Shown here piece after piece: positions 1 through 9,334 of a DNA stretch of 64,000 nt. The stretch comes from a virus, in IMG/VR virus record IMGVR_UViG_3300023083_000001, positions 14,199 to 78,198 of that record; one strand, written 5' to 3'. The notes below the pieces were generated by a model that made no database searches, had not been told where the DNA came from, and worked only from the letters and a program-made list of their open reading frames with translations. Position 1 is the stretch's first letter, and the number at the start of each line of letters is the position of its first letter. The position numbers and the translations under genes were made by a program.

Positions 1-168
1 GGAAGACCAGCCTGGAGATCGTTACGAAGTTGTTGAGCGTATGGTTGTTTGTGTGGGTGGAGACTTCAGGTACGTTTGAACAGCTAAGTCAGTCGATCCT
101 TGAGCGCTTGATCCAGGTAGAGCAAAAGAACATCTTCTACAGACAAATCGTGGAAGAGAACCCACACC

Positions 169-519
169 TTGGAGCCAATCATGAGTGAACGTATTGCAGG
201 TGTTGTCAAAGCAGGCGAAACAATTACTCTTGGCTGGAGCTATTACCAAAACCGTGAACACATCCTCACAGCGTTAGTCGACTTTGACGCTGGTAACGAT
301 TTGGCTGAGTTAAGGCAACGCCTGATCGACGATAAGCAGGATGACGATACAGACGAACTCGAGCTTGAGGAGTTCTATCCTAAAGTCATTGAGCGTTGGA
401 CTCTCCTCGGCTACGTGACTGAAGTCAAGATCATTCACGGGTTCATTGGAGCGACTGTTCCAAGTTACGGTGTCAGTCAATTCAACGTCAATGAATGGAG
501 ACTTGTCCCGGACGACTAA
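169..519 (+). CDS. hypothetical acidic protein, 116 aa
   Basis: ORF track; TTG start confirmed at 169; first gene of a dense same-strand block. Confidence 0.45.
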   Translation: MEPIMSERIAGVVKAGETITLGWSYYQNREHILTALVDFDAGNDLAELRQRLIDDKQDDDTDELELEEFYPKVIERWTLLGYVTEVKIIHGFIGATVPSYGVSQFNVNEWRLVPDD

Positions 520-564
520 CTCTCTGTCAATGTTCAAATCCGTAAATTAATGAGGAACCGTATC

Positions 565-735
565 ATGAGTAAAGCTAAGTCTGATCAATGGCGTAAATCT
601 AACAGCGAATACAAGAAAGAGAAAGCGTTGGAACACAACGAACTGTACGAGTACATGAAGAAGAAGGGTGGTGAGAAAGAAATCATCCCAGCGACCGCTG
701 GGCGTACCGGCGCTTCTAACCCACCTCGTAAGTAG
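565..735 (+). CDS. small basic hypothetical protein
   Basis: ATG at 565 with GAGGA SD 8 nt upstream; in frame with track ORF 550..735. Confidence 0.4.
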   Translation: MSKAKSDQWRKSNSEYKKEKALEHNELYEYMKKKGGEKEIIPATAGRTGASNPPRK

Positions 736-743
736 GAGGCGTT

Positions 744-1073
744 ATGTCGGAAGTACCCCAGTACCAATACACCTTCTTCGGCCCAGAAGCGTGTCTCAAG
801 AAACTCACCCACATGCATGACGTGGATGCAGTTATTGACGACCGTCAATGGATCATGGGTAAGGAAGTCTTGTCTCTTCTGAACTCCAACACGTTCCCAG
901 AGCCTGGCTTCACCAGGATCCGTCCTGATATCAAACTGGACACCGAACTGGAAACGATCACCATGCGTCTTGACTACACTGAACATGACGGTGTCACTAT
1001 CGCGATCGCTGGTGGTGTGATGTCAGTAACCATCAAGCCTGTGAAAGTCATGCGTACACCATCCGGGGGTTAA
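744..1073 (+). CDS. hypothetical protein, 109 aa
   Basis: ATG preceded by AGGAGG; ORF track. Confidence 0.5.
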   Translation: MSEVPQYQYTFFGPEACLKKLTHMHDVDAVIDDRQWIMGKEVLSLLNSNTFPEPGFTRIRPDIKLDTELETITMRLDYTEHDGVTIAIAGGVMSVTIKPVKVMRTPSGG

Positions 1074-1074
1074 C

Positions 1075-1602
1075 GTGTTCAAGACATTCTTCCAGAAGCG
1101 TAAACTCAGGATGAAGGAAGCCGTACTCAACCACCTACTCAGGCAGATGGTGCGTAATAACTACCCCTACCTCTCCCTGAAGATAGACATCGGCCATCCG
1201 AGTCTGATCGGCGATTACCTCATCCTTGGGTTCAACGAGGAGAAGGTGTGGTTTGTCGTTGGTGATAAAGTAGCCTGGGTCTACAAGTGGCAAGTGTTGA
1301 CCAGTGCTAACGCCATGACCAGTCTGGAAACGGAGATGTTGGCTCGCATTAGCAACTCCTATTACCAAGGGGAGGTCATTGACGCTCTCGAAGCGTTTAC
1401 CCCGTACTTCGGCCAATCGGTTATCTTGACCGATAAGACTACAGGCCAGAAATACATCACTCATAACTTCCAGATCCATCGGGGACATCTGCTAGATCGA
1501 GAAGATCCACCTCAGACGTTGGCCGTTCACTTCACTCCAGGGTGGGAAGTTGGTTTCTTTTACCTGCACCACTGCACACCTTCCCCTTACATCAAGGAGT
1601 AA
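1075..1602 (+). CDS. hypothetical protein, 175 aa
   Basis: ORF track; GTG start directly after previous stop. Confidence 0.45.
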   Translation: MFKTFFQKRKLRMKEAVLNHLLRQMVRNNYPYLSLKIDIGHPSLIGDYLILGFNEEKVWFVVGDKVAWVYKWQVLTSANAMTSLETEMLARISNSYYQGEVIDALEAFTPYFGQSVILTDKTTGQKYITHNFQIHRGHLLDREDPPQTLAVHFTPGWEVGFFYLHHCTPSPYIKE

Positions 1603-1607
1603 TTTGA

Positions 1608-2084
1608 ATGAGTTCTATTGAAGTAGAGCTACTTGATCTATTCATCCCTACAAAAGCTACCGGTCGTACTTATCTGGTGACTCCGGCGCTGTTGTTCTGG
1701 ATTGAAAAGATGTACTCCAACGGCGTAACGGTCGAATGGCAGTCGCCTTCCAGGCCTGAGACTATGGGCGCTGAGGACTGGATCAAACGCATTCGAACGA
1801 TCGATCTAAGTTCAGGCGCTGGATTGCTTAGCGGGTTTCGTCTGAAGACTGTCGACGGCGTCGTCAAACTGACCGGCCTCTTCACCCCTTGTGGTCCGCA
1901 CGGCGACTTTGGTAGTAAGATCTTGCGCGACAATTCGGCCATGTTCTCTATGCGGGCGTTTTCTAGCAAGATCTCGACGAACGGGAGACCGACCTGGTGG
2001 ATTGATGAAGTGATCACCTTTGACCTCTCCCCATTACCGAGTCCTAAAGATGACAGCAGCAACGGAGTTGTGGACAAAGCCTGA
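1608..2084 (+). CDS. hypothetical protein, 158 aa
   Basis: ORF track; GGAG SD before ATG. Confidence 0.5.
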   Translation: MSSIEVELLDLFIPTKATGRTYLVTPALLFWIEKMYSNGVTVEWQSPSRPETMGAEDWIKRIRTIDLSSGAGLLSGFRLKTVDGVVKLTGLFTPCGPHGDFGSKILRDNSAMFSMRAFSSKISTNGRPTWWIDEVITFDLSPLPSPKDDSSNGVVDKA

Positions 2085-2331
2085 AGACCTCACTGACGCT
2101 CAGAAGGCGTTAACGGTTGTAGCCCGCTGGAAGTATATCGAAGTAATGCCCGATGACTCCATGCGGGCTGTGGATGAAGTAACGGGGGTCTTGGGAAACC
2201 TCACCGCCTTTGCTGTAACTTTCCAAGGAATACAGATAGGAGATGTATCGGAAGTCCGTGAAGGACCTACACGGGAAGAAGACGTCGTTGTCATCTATCG
2301 AAAAGAACGTTTTACTGATCAGCCGGGGTAA
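2050..2331 (+). CDS. hypothetical protein; internal ATG of track ORF 2020..2331
   Basis: overlaps the end of the upstream gene by about 35 nt; start uncertain. Confidence 0.4.
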   Translation: MTAATELWTKPEDLTDAQKALTVVARWKYIEVMPDDSMRAVDEVTGVLGNLTAFAVTFQGIQIGDVSEVREGPTREEDVVVIYRKERFTDQPG

Positions 2332-2333
2332 TT

Positions 2334-2711
2334 GTGGACAATCTAACAGAGATTCAAAAACTCAACAACGAATTGATCGAAACCCATCAGAAGCTGATCG
2401 AGGCGCAGGCTTTGATCAAAGGTCCTGAGGGTTATGCGACCTGGCGCGATGCGGCTGTTCATGAACGGTCTCTTCGTGTTGCCGAGCGTCGTGAGGGTAT
2501 CAAGGACCACGATGTAGAAATCGGTTCATTCAAATACCCATCCGAAGAAGACCGTACCAAGTGGTGTGTGGGTGAGTGGGCCAGACACTACGGTGCATTC
2601 GAGAACGATAAGGACCAAGTCTGTTTTGGCAGCTGGTTTGCGTTTGCCAATCTGGTCATTGGTGTGGTCAAGTGCTTCAAACCCAAAGTCGAACAGGAGT
2701 TAAACCATTGA
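2334..2711 (+). CDS. hypothetical protein, 125 aa
   Basis: ORF track; GTG start. Confidence 0.45.
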   Translation: MDNLTEIQKLNNELIETHQKLIEAQALIKGPEGYATWRDAAVHERSLRVAERREGIKDHDVEIGSFKYPSEEDRTKWCVGEWARHYGAFENDKDQVCFGSWFAFANLVIGVVKCFKPKVEQELNH

Positions 2712-3100
2712 AACCCAAACAAGAACATGCAGCTAGTAAAATGCAAGGTACTGAAGTTGAGTTCGCTGAAATCACAGCGGGTATCCAGATGACCATGCTG
2801 TTGAAGATGGCCAGCTCCTTCAACCTGGCTGTCATGGATTTCAGTGAAGAAGTTCTTCACGAAACTCACATGCACGACGTGGACGTTACGGTGCGTATTA
2901 AGACAGACGCTCGTGGTATTGGTGAGATTCACTTCATCACAACTGAGTTCCAACCTTCTGTCTGGAAGCTTGGCGGTATGTACGCATTACGTACGTCCCA
3001 GGATCGTGAACTGGCAGGGTTGCAGCCCTTTCAGATGCTCACGTGTTTGAACATGGCGCTTCTGAAACTGCGAAGCAGAACCAGTCATGACGTTCACTGA
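2708..3100 (+). CDS. hypothetical protein
   Basis: in-frame TTG at 2708 preceded by AGGAG; the track ORF begins at 2672. Confidence 0.4.
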   Translation: MKPKQEHAASKMQGTEVEFAEITAGIQMTMLLKMASSFNLAVMDFSEEVLHETHMHDVDVTVRIKTDARGIGEIHFITTEFQPSVWKLGGMYALRTSQDRELAGLQPFQMLTCLNMALLKLRSRTSHDVH

Positions 3101-3344
3101 GTTAATCGCGCAGTTCAAACCCGGTATGATTGCGCAACGTCCCTCCTGGGATGCGCAATACACCCTCCAGCAAAAGGAGGGTGATGTCATCCGCTTGCGC
3201 GACAAACGGTGCCCAAGCTTCGGTCCGCAGTGGCGTCAATCAGGTTACGACGCCGCGGCAGACGACTACGTGTTTGTAGTCCCTGTCGTTGAAGAGCTGG
3301 TGGACTTACCTGTTTGTAATGCTGTGCAGGTAACTACCGCCTAA
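3087..3344 (+). CDS. hypothetical protein, 85 aa
   Basis: ORF track. Confidence 0.45.
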   Translation: MTFTELIAQFKPGMIAQRPSWDAQYTLQQKEGDVIRLRDKRCPSFGPQWRQSGYDAAADDYVFVVPVVEELVDLPVCNAVQVTTA

Positions 3345-3351
3345 TTAGGAT

Positions 3352-3708
3352 GTGCATATGGAAAATCACGATCACCTCACGCCAGAGTTCCTCTTAGAAG
3401 TATCGGGGATGTTGGTCTTGTCCATGGGGGATAAGTTCCAGGAAGCTGTGGAAGCTGAGACACAACTGCAAGTGCGTAGTTCCGAGATCGAAGGGATTTT
3501 GATGATCGTCTCGTTCACCCAGGTTCAGGAGGGTGGTCGTCTGATTGAATTTCACACGCCATCTGAAACGATTGCTTTGGAATTCAACTATGTTCCAAAC
3601 GCAGAAGTCAAAGTCGTGAGGTATCATAAGGCTGTCGATACCAAGGCTATTGGCGCAGACACGTTACTCAGTGTGTTAGGTTCTGCACTTGAGAAACTCC
3701 ACGAATAA
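3352..3708 (+). CDS. hypothetical protein, 118 aa
   Basis: ORF track; followed by a terminator. Confidence 0.5.
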   Translation: MHMENHDHLTPEFLLEVSGMLVLSMGDKFQEAVEAETQLQVRSSEIEGILMIVSFTQVQEGGRLIEFHTPSETIALEFNYVPNAEVKVVRYHKAVDTKAIGADTLLSVLGSALEKLHE

Positions 3709-3718
3709 ACGGCATAGA

Positions 3719-3757
3719 CCACCTGGGTGTACCCAGGTGGCTTTGTTCTTTTTTTTG
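3719..3757 (+). terminator. rho-independent terminator
   Basis: hairpin CCACCTGGGT-GTA-CCCAGGTGG followed by T8. Confidence 0.7.
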
Positions 3758-3785
3758 TATTAATTTAGAGTCATACATCATCCGA
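3757..3785 (+). promoter_or_regulatory. conserved promoter-like box (TTGTATTAATTTA..GTCATACAT)
   Basis: one of five copies of the TCATACAT(TGTAGAT) motif; sits directly after a terminator. Confidence 0.4.
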
Positions 3786-3819
3786 CTGAACGATGTATTC
3801 TCATGAGGAGTGTAGTTAC

Positions 3820-4194
3820 ATGGCTTTTGACTTAAACGGCTTGCATTTGGCACTGATGGCCGCTGCGTTGGAATACGCGGATGACCAAGGTGTGCTGTTT
3901 GACGATCTCGAAACCATCATTGAGATTGGTGAATCGAGAGTGAACGTTGGCGTCTACTTCGTCAATGCCCCGCAACAAGTAGTCAGTATCCGTAAGCGCC
4001 GAGATGCAGCTGCACTTACAGATACCGTCTTCAGATTCGTGACGATGTTTGAAACCATCAACTATCGTTATTACGCCTCCAACCGAGGTCTGGAATTGCT
4101 AGACCGCACCGTAGGACACCCAGATGATCCGAAGCTTTCTCAGGATGATCAGTTGCGCCTTCTGAAAGAGGCTTTGGTAGCCGCTACAGAGTAA
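3820..4194 (+). CDS. hypothetical protein
   Basis: ATG after GAGGAG; in frame with track ORF 3793..4194. Confidence 0.45.
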   Translation: MAFDLNGLHLALMAAALEYADDQGVLFDDLETIIEIGESRVNVGVYFVNAPQQVVSIRKRRDAAALTDTVFRFVTMFETINYRYYASNRGLELLDRTVGHPDDPKLSQDDQLRLLKEALVAATE

Positions 4195-4202
4195 CGCCGC
4201 AA

Positions 4203-4619
4203 ATGGTGACTTCCATGTACATCCAGCTCAATGATAACTCTCCGTACAGTCTCATGGACCGTATAGCGTTGACCCAAATGGCAACGGCTATCATGACGCT
4301 ACACCAGAACAGTATCAGTTTCCTGCCTGGTGAAATCTTCACGTACACGTTACACAGCTCAACTGATCACCACCAAGCCTCGGTGCTCTTTAAAGACATC
4401 AACGGGGTAGGTGTGCATGTCACGATCTACACTGAACACCAAACCAGTGAATGGCAATGGTTGTTGGGTGAAGATCAGATTCGCCCTCTGAACCACACCA
4501 CGCACACGTTTAACGGGTATGTGGAACCTGTCAGTTTGATAGACAAGGTAGCCTTGGTTAACAGGGCTATCCAGGATGTGGTGCAACGTCACTTGATGTC
4601 GGTGGGTAAGCGGGAGTAA
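4203..4619 (+). CDS. hypothetical protein, 138 aa
   Basis: ORF track. Confidence 0.5.
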   Translation: MVTSMYIQLNDNSPYSLMDRIALTQMATAIMTLHQNSISFLPGEIFTYTLHSSTDHHQASVLFKDINGVGVHVTIYTEHQTSEWQWLLGEDQIRPLNHTTHTFNGYVEPVSLIDKVALVNRAIQDVVQRHLMSVGKRE

Positions 4620-4682
4620 CTTTGATCCAAATGGGATGAGTTGGATCGTTTGGTCCGGTTCGTTTCACCGGGAGATAAGAGG

Positions 4683-4940
4683 ATGCCACGCGTGCTAATC
4701 AATCGCCGACGGTTACTTGTGGGTGACCGGTTTGTACTCCCTGGTGATCGAGACCGAACTCTATACGAGGTAATGGGTAATAGTCCTGAGGGATTAATCC
4801 TAAGGCCAAGGAAAGGAGGTTGGTACGGTTACCTTCATATCGACTCCGGCGTCGTAACAGGGAGTGAACAAGGTAGTGAGTTCAAGGAATTACTCAAAGT
4901 GCCAGATGCAGTGGCAATGAGAGAATGCGACGTGATCTAA
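4683..4940 (+). CDS. hypothetical protein
   Basis: ATG at 4683 after AAGAGG; the track ORF starts at 4641. Confidence 0.4.
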   Translation: MPRVLINRRRLLVGDRFVLPGDRDRTLYEVMGNSPEGLILRPRKGGWYGYLHIDSGVVTGSEQGSEFKELLKVPDAVAMRECDVI

Positions 4941-4945
4941 ACATA

Positions 4946-4974
4946 TCGGCGGGCTAGTTCCCGCCTTTATGCCC
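4946..4974 (+). terminator. hairpin terminator-like element
   Basis: GGCGGGCTAGTTCCCGCC followed by TTTATGCCC, a member of the repeated family. Confidence 0.5.
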
Positions 4975-4999
4975 TAAACCTATAATTGGAATTGGAACT

Positions 5000-5410
5000 A
5001 TGTACGCTACTAATCCACTGATTGCTCAATTTGAACAGAACCTGGCACTTCGCAAGATTGCCGGGGTCATCCAGACGTCCAATGAATTGAAGGTCGATCT
5101 GGTTAATCATCGCTACATCGTACAGGAAAAGATTATCCCTCGTTACATCGACGTGACGTTCTATCGTGATTCCAGCGGCGTGTCGATTAAACTACACGAC
5201 CAGGACATTACAGTCACACTCAACTGTTCGTACGGTGATGATCCTACCAAGATTGTCGATACCCTCTTTCGCGCGACTGTCGTTGATATCATCGTCCACA
5301 CGACCGTTGAACCTAGACGATCGATGGCCAATCGTCCTTCCCTGTGGGTCGATGCAGTGACTTCAGCGATCACTACCGAAGCCTGGAAGAAGTGGCCTCA
5401 GATCGACTAA
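5000..5410 (+). CDS. hypothetical protein, 136 aa
   Basis: ORF track. Confidence 0.5.
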   Translation: MYATNPLIAQFEQNLALRKIAGVIQTSNELKVDLVNHRYIVQEKIIPRYIDVTFYRDSSGVSIKLHDQDITVTLNCSYGDDPTKIVDTLFRATVVDIIVHTTVEPRRSMANRPSLWVDAVTSAITTEAWKKWPQID

Positions 5411-5462
5411 CGTCAAATAATACCGAACTGGAATCTTGTATACCTACTGAAGGATTTGTGCC

Positions 5463-5822
5463 ATGACTTTGCGGAGACCCACCGCTCCAAACCAGATCAA
5501 ACAGATTCAGAAGCTGACGAAGCTGATCAATGAATCCAGTTATCTGTTTGTTACCGACAACGAAGTCCACACCGGTCAGAAGCTCTCTGAAGGTGAGTGG
5601 TTGCCACGGGTGGACGAATTCATCAGCGACCCTATCTCGGGTATCCCTGACACCGACTATGACCGCATGTACACCAGGGCGTTGCTGACTAAGCGTTTCA
5701 GTCAGTACCTGGATAAGACGGTGGTCGAGAAGTTCACGCGTTGTCTGATCGACCCCACACCTGCCGACCCTAAGCAGGTAGCTATTAACAACCTGATCAA
5801 AACATTTAAGAGAAAGAAATAA
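5463..5822 (+). CDS. hypothetical protein, 119 aa
   Basis: ATG after AAGGA; ORF track. Confidence 0.5.
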   Translation: MTLRRPTAPNQIKQIQKLTKLINESSYLFVTDNEVHTGQKLSEGEWLPRVDEFISDPISGIPDTDYDRMYTRALLTKRFSQYLDKTVVEKFTRCLIDPTPADPKQVAINNLIKTFKRKK

Positions 5823-5835
5823 AAGGAGCGTCAGT

Positions 5836-6213
5836 ATGAAGTTTGTCAGTAAACCCGAAGAAGTAGAAGCTATCCAGCTGACGACTGAGAATTTGAATGA
5901 AGTGCGCAAATGGCTGGAAGCCGCGCCCAAAACTCCGTTCACTCTCAAGCGTCGTGGGAACACTCTTGATTTGACAGTGCAGACGCCAAACGGTCTGGTG
6001 CAGGTACCGCCTGGCCATTACTTGATCAAGTTGATCGGTGAAGCTGAGGTGGTGAACGAAACGCTGTTCAAGCAGTACTTCAGCCAGTTGGCTAATCAGG
6101 TCGTGCGCAAGCCCGTACCTAAACGCTTGGACGCCTGGTTGCCGACTGTGCTGGGTAATAACATCCAGACATTGAACGTCACCATCAACAACTTCGGCGT
6201 AAGGCGGCGATGA
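5836..6213 (+). CDS. hypothetical protein, 125 aa
   Basis: AAAAGGAG SD; ORF track. Confidence 0.5.
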   Translation: MKFVSKPEEVEAIQLTTENLNEVRKWLEAAPKTPFTLKRRGNTLDLTVQTPNGLVQVPPGHYLIKLIGEAEVVNETLFKQYFSQLANQVVRKPVPKRLDAWLPTVLGNNIQTLNVTINNFGVRRR

Positions 6214-6497
6214 TGGAAGTCCTCATTAAGCAAACGAGTGAGGAATGTGAAACAGCCGAAGACGCTTTCGATCTCATGCACGCTCTGCGGCAGATGGAGG
6301 GATGTGTCTTTGGTTATGTCAACATCGATGAATGTAAGTCGGTGAGTTTCCATCAACCTAACCCACCCATTACCTACGAAGATATTCAAGTCGGTAATGG
6401 TCAGACTTTCGCCAGGCAAGAGTACGTCCTTGTACTTGAGTGTGACGAAGATCGGTTACCTGTTACGTATGCGAAGGAGATCGATAGTGACGCCTGA
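6210..6497 (+). CDS. hypothetical acidic protein, 95 aa
   Basis: ATGA stop/start overlap with the upstream gene. Confidence 0.45.
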   Translation: MMEVLIKQTSEECETAEDAFDLMHALRQMEGCVFGYVNIDECKSVSFHQPNPPITYEDIQVGNGQTFARQEYVLVLECDEDRLPVTYAKEIDSDA

Positions 6498-6714
6498 AGA
6501 AGAAGTCGCTCTGCGTAAGATGCTGCTGAAGTTGGTATCTTCGATTATGGACTTGCGTTTTAATACTGTCCAAGCGGTCAGTAAAGAAATTGGTATTCCA
6601 ACCGAACAGCTCAACCACATCCTCAACAGCACCATCGGGAAGGTCAAGATTGACACGATCCTGACGATTGCCCACAAGGCTGGTAAACAGGTCATGGTCA
6701 AGATCGATGACTGA
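6487..6714 (+). CDS. small HTH DNA-binding protein
   Basis: GTG at 6487 with AAGGAG SD at 7 nt spacing; helix-turn-helix-like segment TVQAVSKEIGIPTEQLNHIL. Confidence 0.45.
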   Translation: MTPEEEVALRKMLLKLVSSIMDLRFNTVQAVSKEIGIPTEQLNHILNSTIGKVKIDTILTIAHKAGKQVMVKIDD

Positions 6715-7126
6715 TACGTTAGGTAGTCGTATCAAGTATCTGCGCAACAAGAATGGCCTGACCCAAGAACAATTGGCTAAGGCTATCAAAGCTAGCACAT
6801 ACTCGATCTCATCGTGGGAAAGTGATCGGATACGCCCGAGAACAATCAACCGCTTGGCAAGCTTCTTCAAGGTGCCGATGTGGTGGATCTTTCAGGGCGG
6901 GGAGTTACCCGCAGTGTTCGACAGTGTTAACTGCCGTAACGATCCGGCTGCAATTATCAAACAACTGTACCGTACGTTGGCTAAGCGAGCGATCGTTGAA
7001 CTGACACGTGCTGGGGTTGAGCCAACTCCCCAAGAACTCACTCAGTTCAGTAAAGAATTGAGTGCTAAGACAGACCTGGAAATCAAACGTTTATTGAAAC
7101 TGGAGAGTTGTCGTGTCAAAGACTAA
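6707..7126 (+). CDS. XRE/Cro-C1-family HTH transcriptional regulator
   Basis: classic HTH IKYLRNKNGLTQEQLAKAIKASTYSISSWES. Confidence 0.6.
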   Translation: MTDTLGSRIKYLRNKNGLTQEQLAKAIKASTYSISSWESDRIRPRTINRLASFFKVPMWWIFQGGELPAVFDSVNCRNDPAAIIKQLYRTLAKRAIVELTRAGVEPTPQELTQFSKELSAKTDLEIKRLLKLESCRVKD

Positions 7127-7661
7127 ATTTGGTTTGATCGTAGCTTCTACACCCAAAGGTGAGATTGGTTTTCAGAACACCATCCCTTGGCGCCTTAAGG
7201 GTGATCTGGCACGCTTCAAAGCGTTGACTCTTAATCAGGTCATTATCCACGGTCGTAAGACGCTGGAGTCTCTTCCAGGTGGTCAACCACTTGCAGGGCG
7301 CTACACGATCATCCTGAGCAAGACCCTCAAGCCTGGTGCGTTGGATAATGAACTGTACGGCACCAGTGTGCAGGTGGTGGGTACCATTGAAGAAGCCATC
7401 GCCATGGCTGAGCACTACTTCCATTCCGACTGGGCTTACTTCGTGGGTGGGGCAGAGGTTTACGAAGAAGCGTTGAAGTTCGTGACAGTGGCTCACGTGA
7501 CCATGGTGTATCTCGAATGTTACGAGTACGACACCAAGATCAAGAACTTCACTTTCCCTGACCAGATCTGGGAAGGTACTTACCCGGAAGATCAACCTGC
7601 TCTCAAGGCAGATGGGTCAGCGCCTGGGTTTGCGTTCATTGATTATAAACGCAGGCAGTAA
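7113..7661 (+). CDS. folA: dihydrofolate reductase
   Basis: alignable along its length to E. coli FolA (IPW.L..DL..FK..T....VI.GR.T.ES, PGR..IILS, GG..VY). Confidence 0.85.
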   Translation: MSKTKFGLIVASTPKGEIGFQNTIPWRLKGDLARFKALTLNQVIIHGRKTLESLPGGQPLAGRYTIILSKTLKPGALDNELYGTSVQVVGTIEEAIAMAEHYFHSDWAYFVGGAEVYEEALKFVTVAHVTMVYLECYEYDTKIKNFTFPDQIWEGTYPEDQPALKADGSAPGFAFIDYKRRQ

Positions 7662-7675
7662 TAAGGAGACACCAC

Positions 7676-7942
7676 TTGAAAGGAATATTTCTGTGGGACG
7701 GAAAACGCGCTGAGGACGGGGGTCTTTTTCAGATAGCGACCGTTTCAATGGAGAGACTTGACAAGGCAGGGTTGTGGAACTTGCCGACATGTACGACAGG
7801 TGATGGCATTAAGGCGATTGATCTTAAGATCTTCATCGTACGTGTAGGTCGGATTATTGGCGGTGAAGCCACGATAAAGAACAGGGTGGAGATTGTCCGC
7901 GCCTTGTCTCAATATCGGTATTTAAAATGGGGTAAAGAATGA
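7676..7942 (+). CDS. hypothetical protein, 88 aa
   Basis: ORF track; TTG start. Confidence 0.35.
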   Translation: MKGIFLWDGKRAEDGGLFQIATVSMERLDKAGLWNLPTCTTGDGIKAIDLKIFIVRVGRIIGGEATIKNRVEIVRALSQYRYLKWGKE

Positions 7943-8211
7943 CTATGCAGTCTTACGTTTGGACCAGCTTGCTGATCACTGTAGCCGCCGCGTTGTTTTA
8001 TTGGTTGCTCAATTGGTGGTTACATCGTGCAAAGAAATACCCGGTGGAGTTCAAAGGATGGAAGGGGTTCTTGCGTTGGGGTAAGTTACTGCGTTGGAAC
8101 ATGATGTTAGTTGCAGTGTTTGTACTGGTGATACAGTTTGCAGTCATGCCAGAGCAAGTCAAACATCGCGTTGAAGTCAGCAACACGTCACTGTCTAAAA
8201 TCTTTCTATAA
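7939..8211 (+). CDS. small membrane protein with two predicted transmembrane segments
   Basis: two hydrophobic segments; ATGA overlap with the upstream gene. Confidence 0.45.
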   Translation: MTMQSYVWTSLLITVAAALFYWLLNWWLHRAKKYPVEFKGWKGFLRWGKLLRWNMMLVAVFVLVIQFAVMPEQVKHRVEVSNTSLSKIFL

Positions 8212-8221
8212 AGGAGCTGTA

Positions 8222-8704
8222 ATGCCTAAAGTAGCCTGGGTACCAAAAGAAGCCGCTAAAAAGATTACTGTTCCCACCAACGTCATCAGCATCCGCGGTC
8301 CTTACGACAGCTACCCGACGTTTGCTGTAAAACACAAGCGCGTGCTGAGCCTGAGCTTCAATCCGTTTGATACTCACCAGTCGGAGAGTATGAAGGAGAA
8401 GGAGTTCACACCAGCACTTTGCCGTGAAGTCTTCGCGTTCATGGAAAGCTGTCAGGGTGAAGACATCCTGGTTCACTGTGGTGAGGGTCGTATCCGTTCA
8501 CCAGCGGTTGCCTTCTTCATCGCCGAAGCTTACGACCGTACCGACGAACCCGTTGGCGGTAGCTGGACTCCAGACTTCAAACACCCTGATCGCAAGTTCT
8601 CAGATGCCGGCATGGACCGTCAACTGTGGCGTATGCTCAAGCGTGAATGGCAACTTTATAACGAAGAGAAGAAGGAACAACATGAGCTTCCTGACCAATC
8701 CTGA
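8222..8704 (+). CDS. protein-tyrosine/dual-specificity phosphatase-like protein
   Basis: CX5R P-loop VHCGEGRIRSP; AAGGAG SD before ATG 8222. Confidence 0.65.
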   Translation: MPKVAWVPKEAAKKITVPTNVISIRGPYDSYPTFAVKHKRVLSLSFNPFDTHQSESMKEKEFTPALCREVFAFMESCQGEDILVHCGEGRIRSPAVAFFIAEAYDRTDEPVGGSWTPDFKHPDRKFSDAGMDRQLWRMLKREWQLYNEEKKEQHELPDQS

Positions 8705-9263
8705 CGGCAGTCGGTTGGTAGTGTATCGCGGTGAACATGGGTCTTACGCTGGTAAGGCCTTTCATACCCGCAGCGCAACTCTCTACTTTTCAGACGTAGA
8801 GGCTGCTAACTATTACGCTATGCACCCAAACAACCGCAACGAGTTTGCCGAACAACCCCGTGTCATTCCAGCGTATCTGAAAATGTCCAAGCCCTTCATC
8901 AATACTCCGTTGGATTCGTTCATCGAACTGTCGGAAGTAGAGCAGAAACTTGGTACGGCTGAAGCCAAACGAATTGCCTGTAAGTTTGCTTACTGGGTCA
9001 AGGCTACCGATAACTGGCAGTTCACTATCAACCCGGACGAACACTGGCACGGTGTGGCTGAATACCTCTACCACAACAAAGATGGACTCAAGCACTTGTT
9101 CTTCCAGGCGTATCCTTTCTTTGCGGATGAGCGAGAAGTCAATCGTTTGAAGCGCCAGGGTTATGACGGGGCTATCCATGCGGGTACCGGTATGGCGACC
9201 GCTAACCGTACTGAGTATTGTGTGTTCAATCACAAACAAGCTGTTCCCATCTTCACAGCGTAA
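8682..9263 (+). CDS. hypothetical protein with a weak ADP-ribosyltransferase-like R-S-E pattern
   Basis: YRGE, RSATLYF and SEVEQ elements; start chosen at ATG 8682 rather than track 8424. Confidence 0.5.
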   Translation: MSFLTNPDGSRLVVYRGEHGSYAGKAFHTRSATLYFSDVEAANYYAMHPNNRNEFAEQPRVIPAYLKMSKPFINTPLDSFIELSEVEQKLGTAEAKRIACKFAYWVKATDNWQFTINPDEHWHGVAEYLYHNKDGLKHLFFQAYPFFADEREVNRLKRQGYDGAIHAGTGMATANRTEYCVFNHKQAVPIFTA

Positions 9264-9334
9264 ACGGTTACAGTTATACATCACAGACACGTACCCCACA
9301 TCTGTTGGGCTATTTACCTCTATAAGGAATTACC

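Noticed and set aside
585-986. 133-aa minus-strand ORF
   Set aside because: Antisense to plus-strand genes 565..735 and 744..1073, which have good start signals.
5373-5963. 196-aa minus-strand ORF
   Set aside because: Antisense to two well-supported plus-strand genes that have SD-ATG starts. Long antisense ORFs are expected by chance at this GC. No RBS.
7116-7595. 159-aa minus-strand ORF
   Set aside because: Entirely antisense to the clearly identified dihydrofolate reductase gene.
8424-9263. Long 279-aa version of the gene starting at 8424
   Set aside because: The upstream 86 codons are in an alternative frame of the phosphatase gene and have no RBS. ATG 8682 with its context is the more plausible start.
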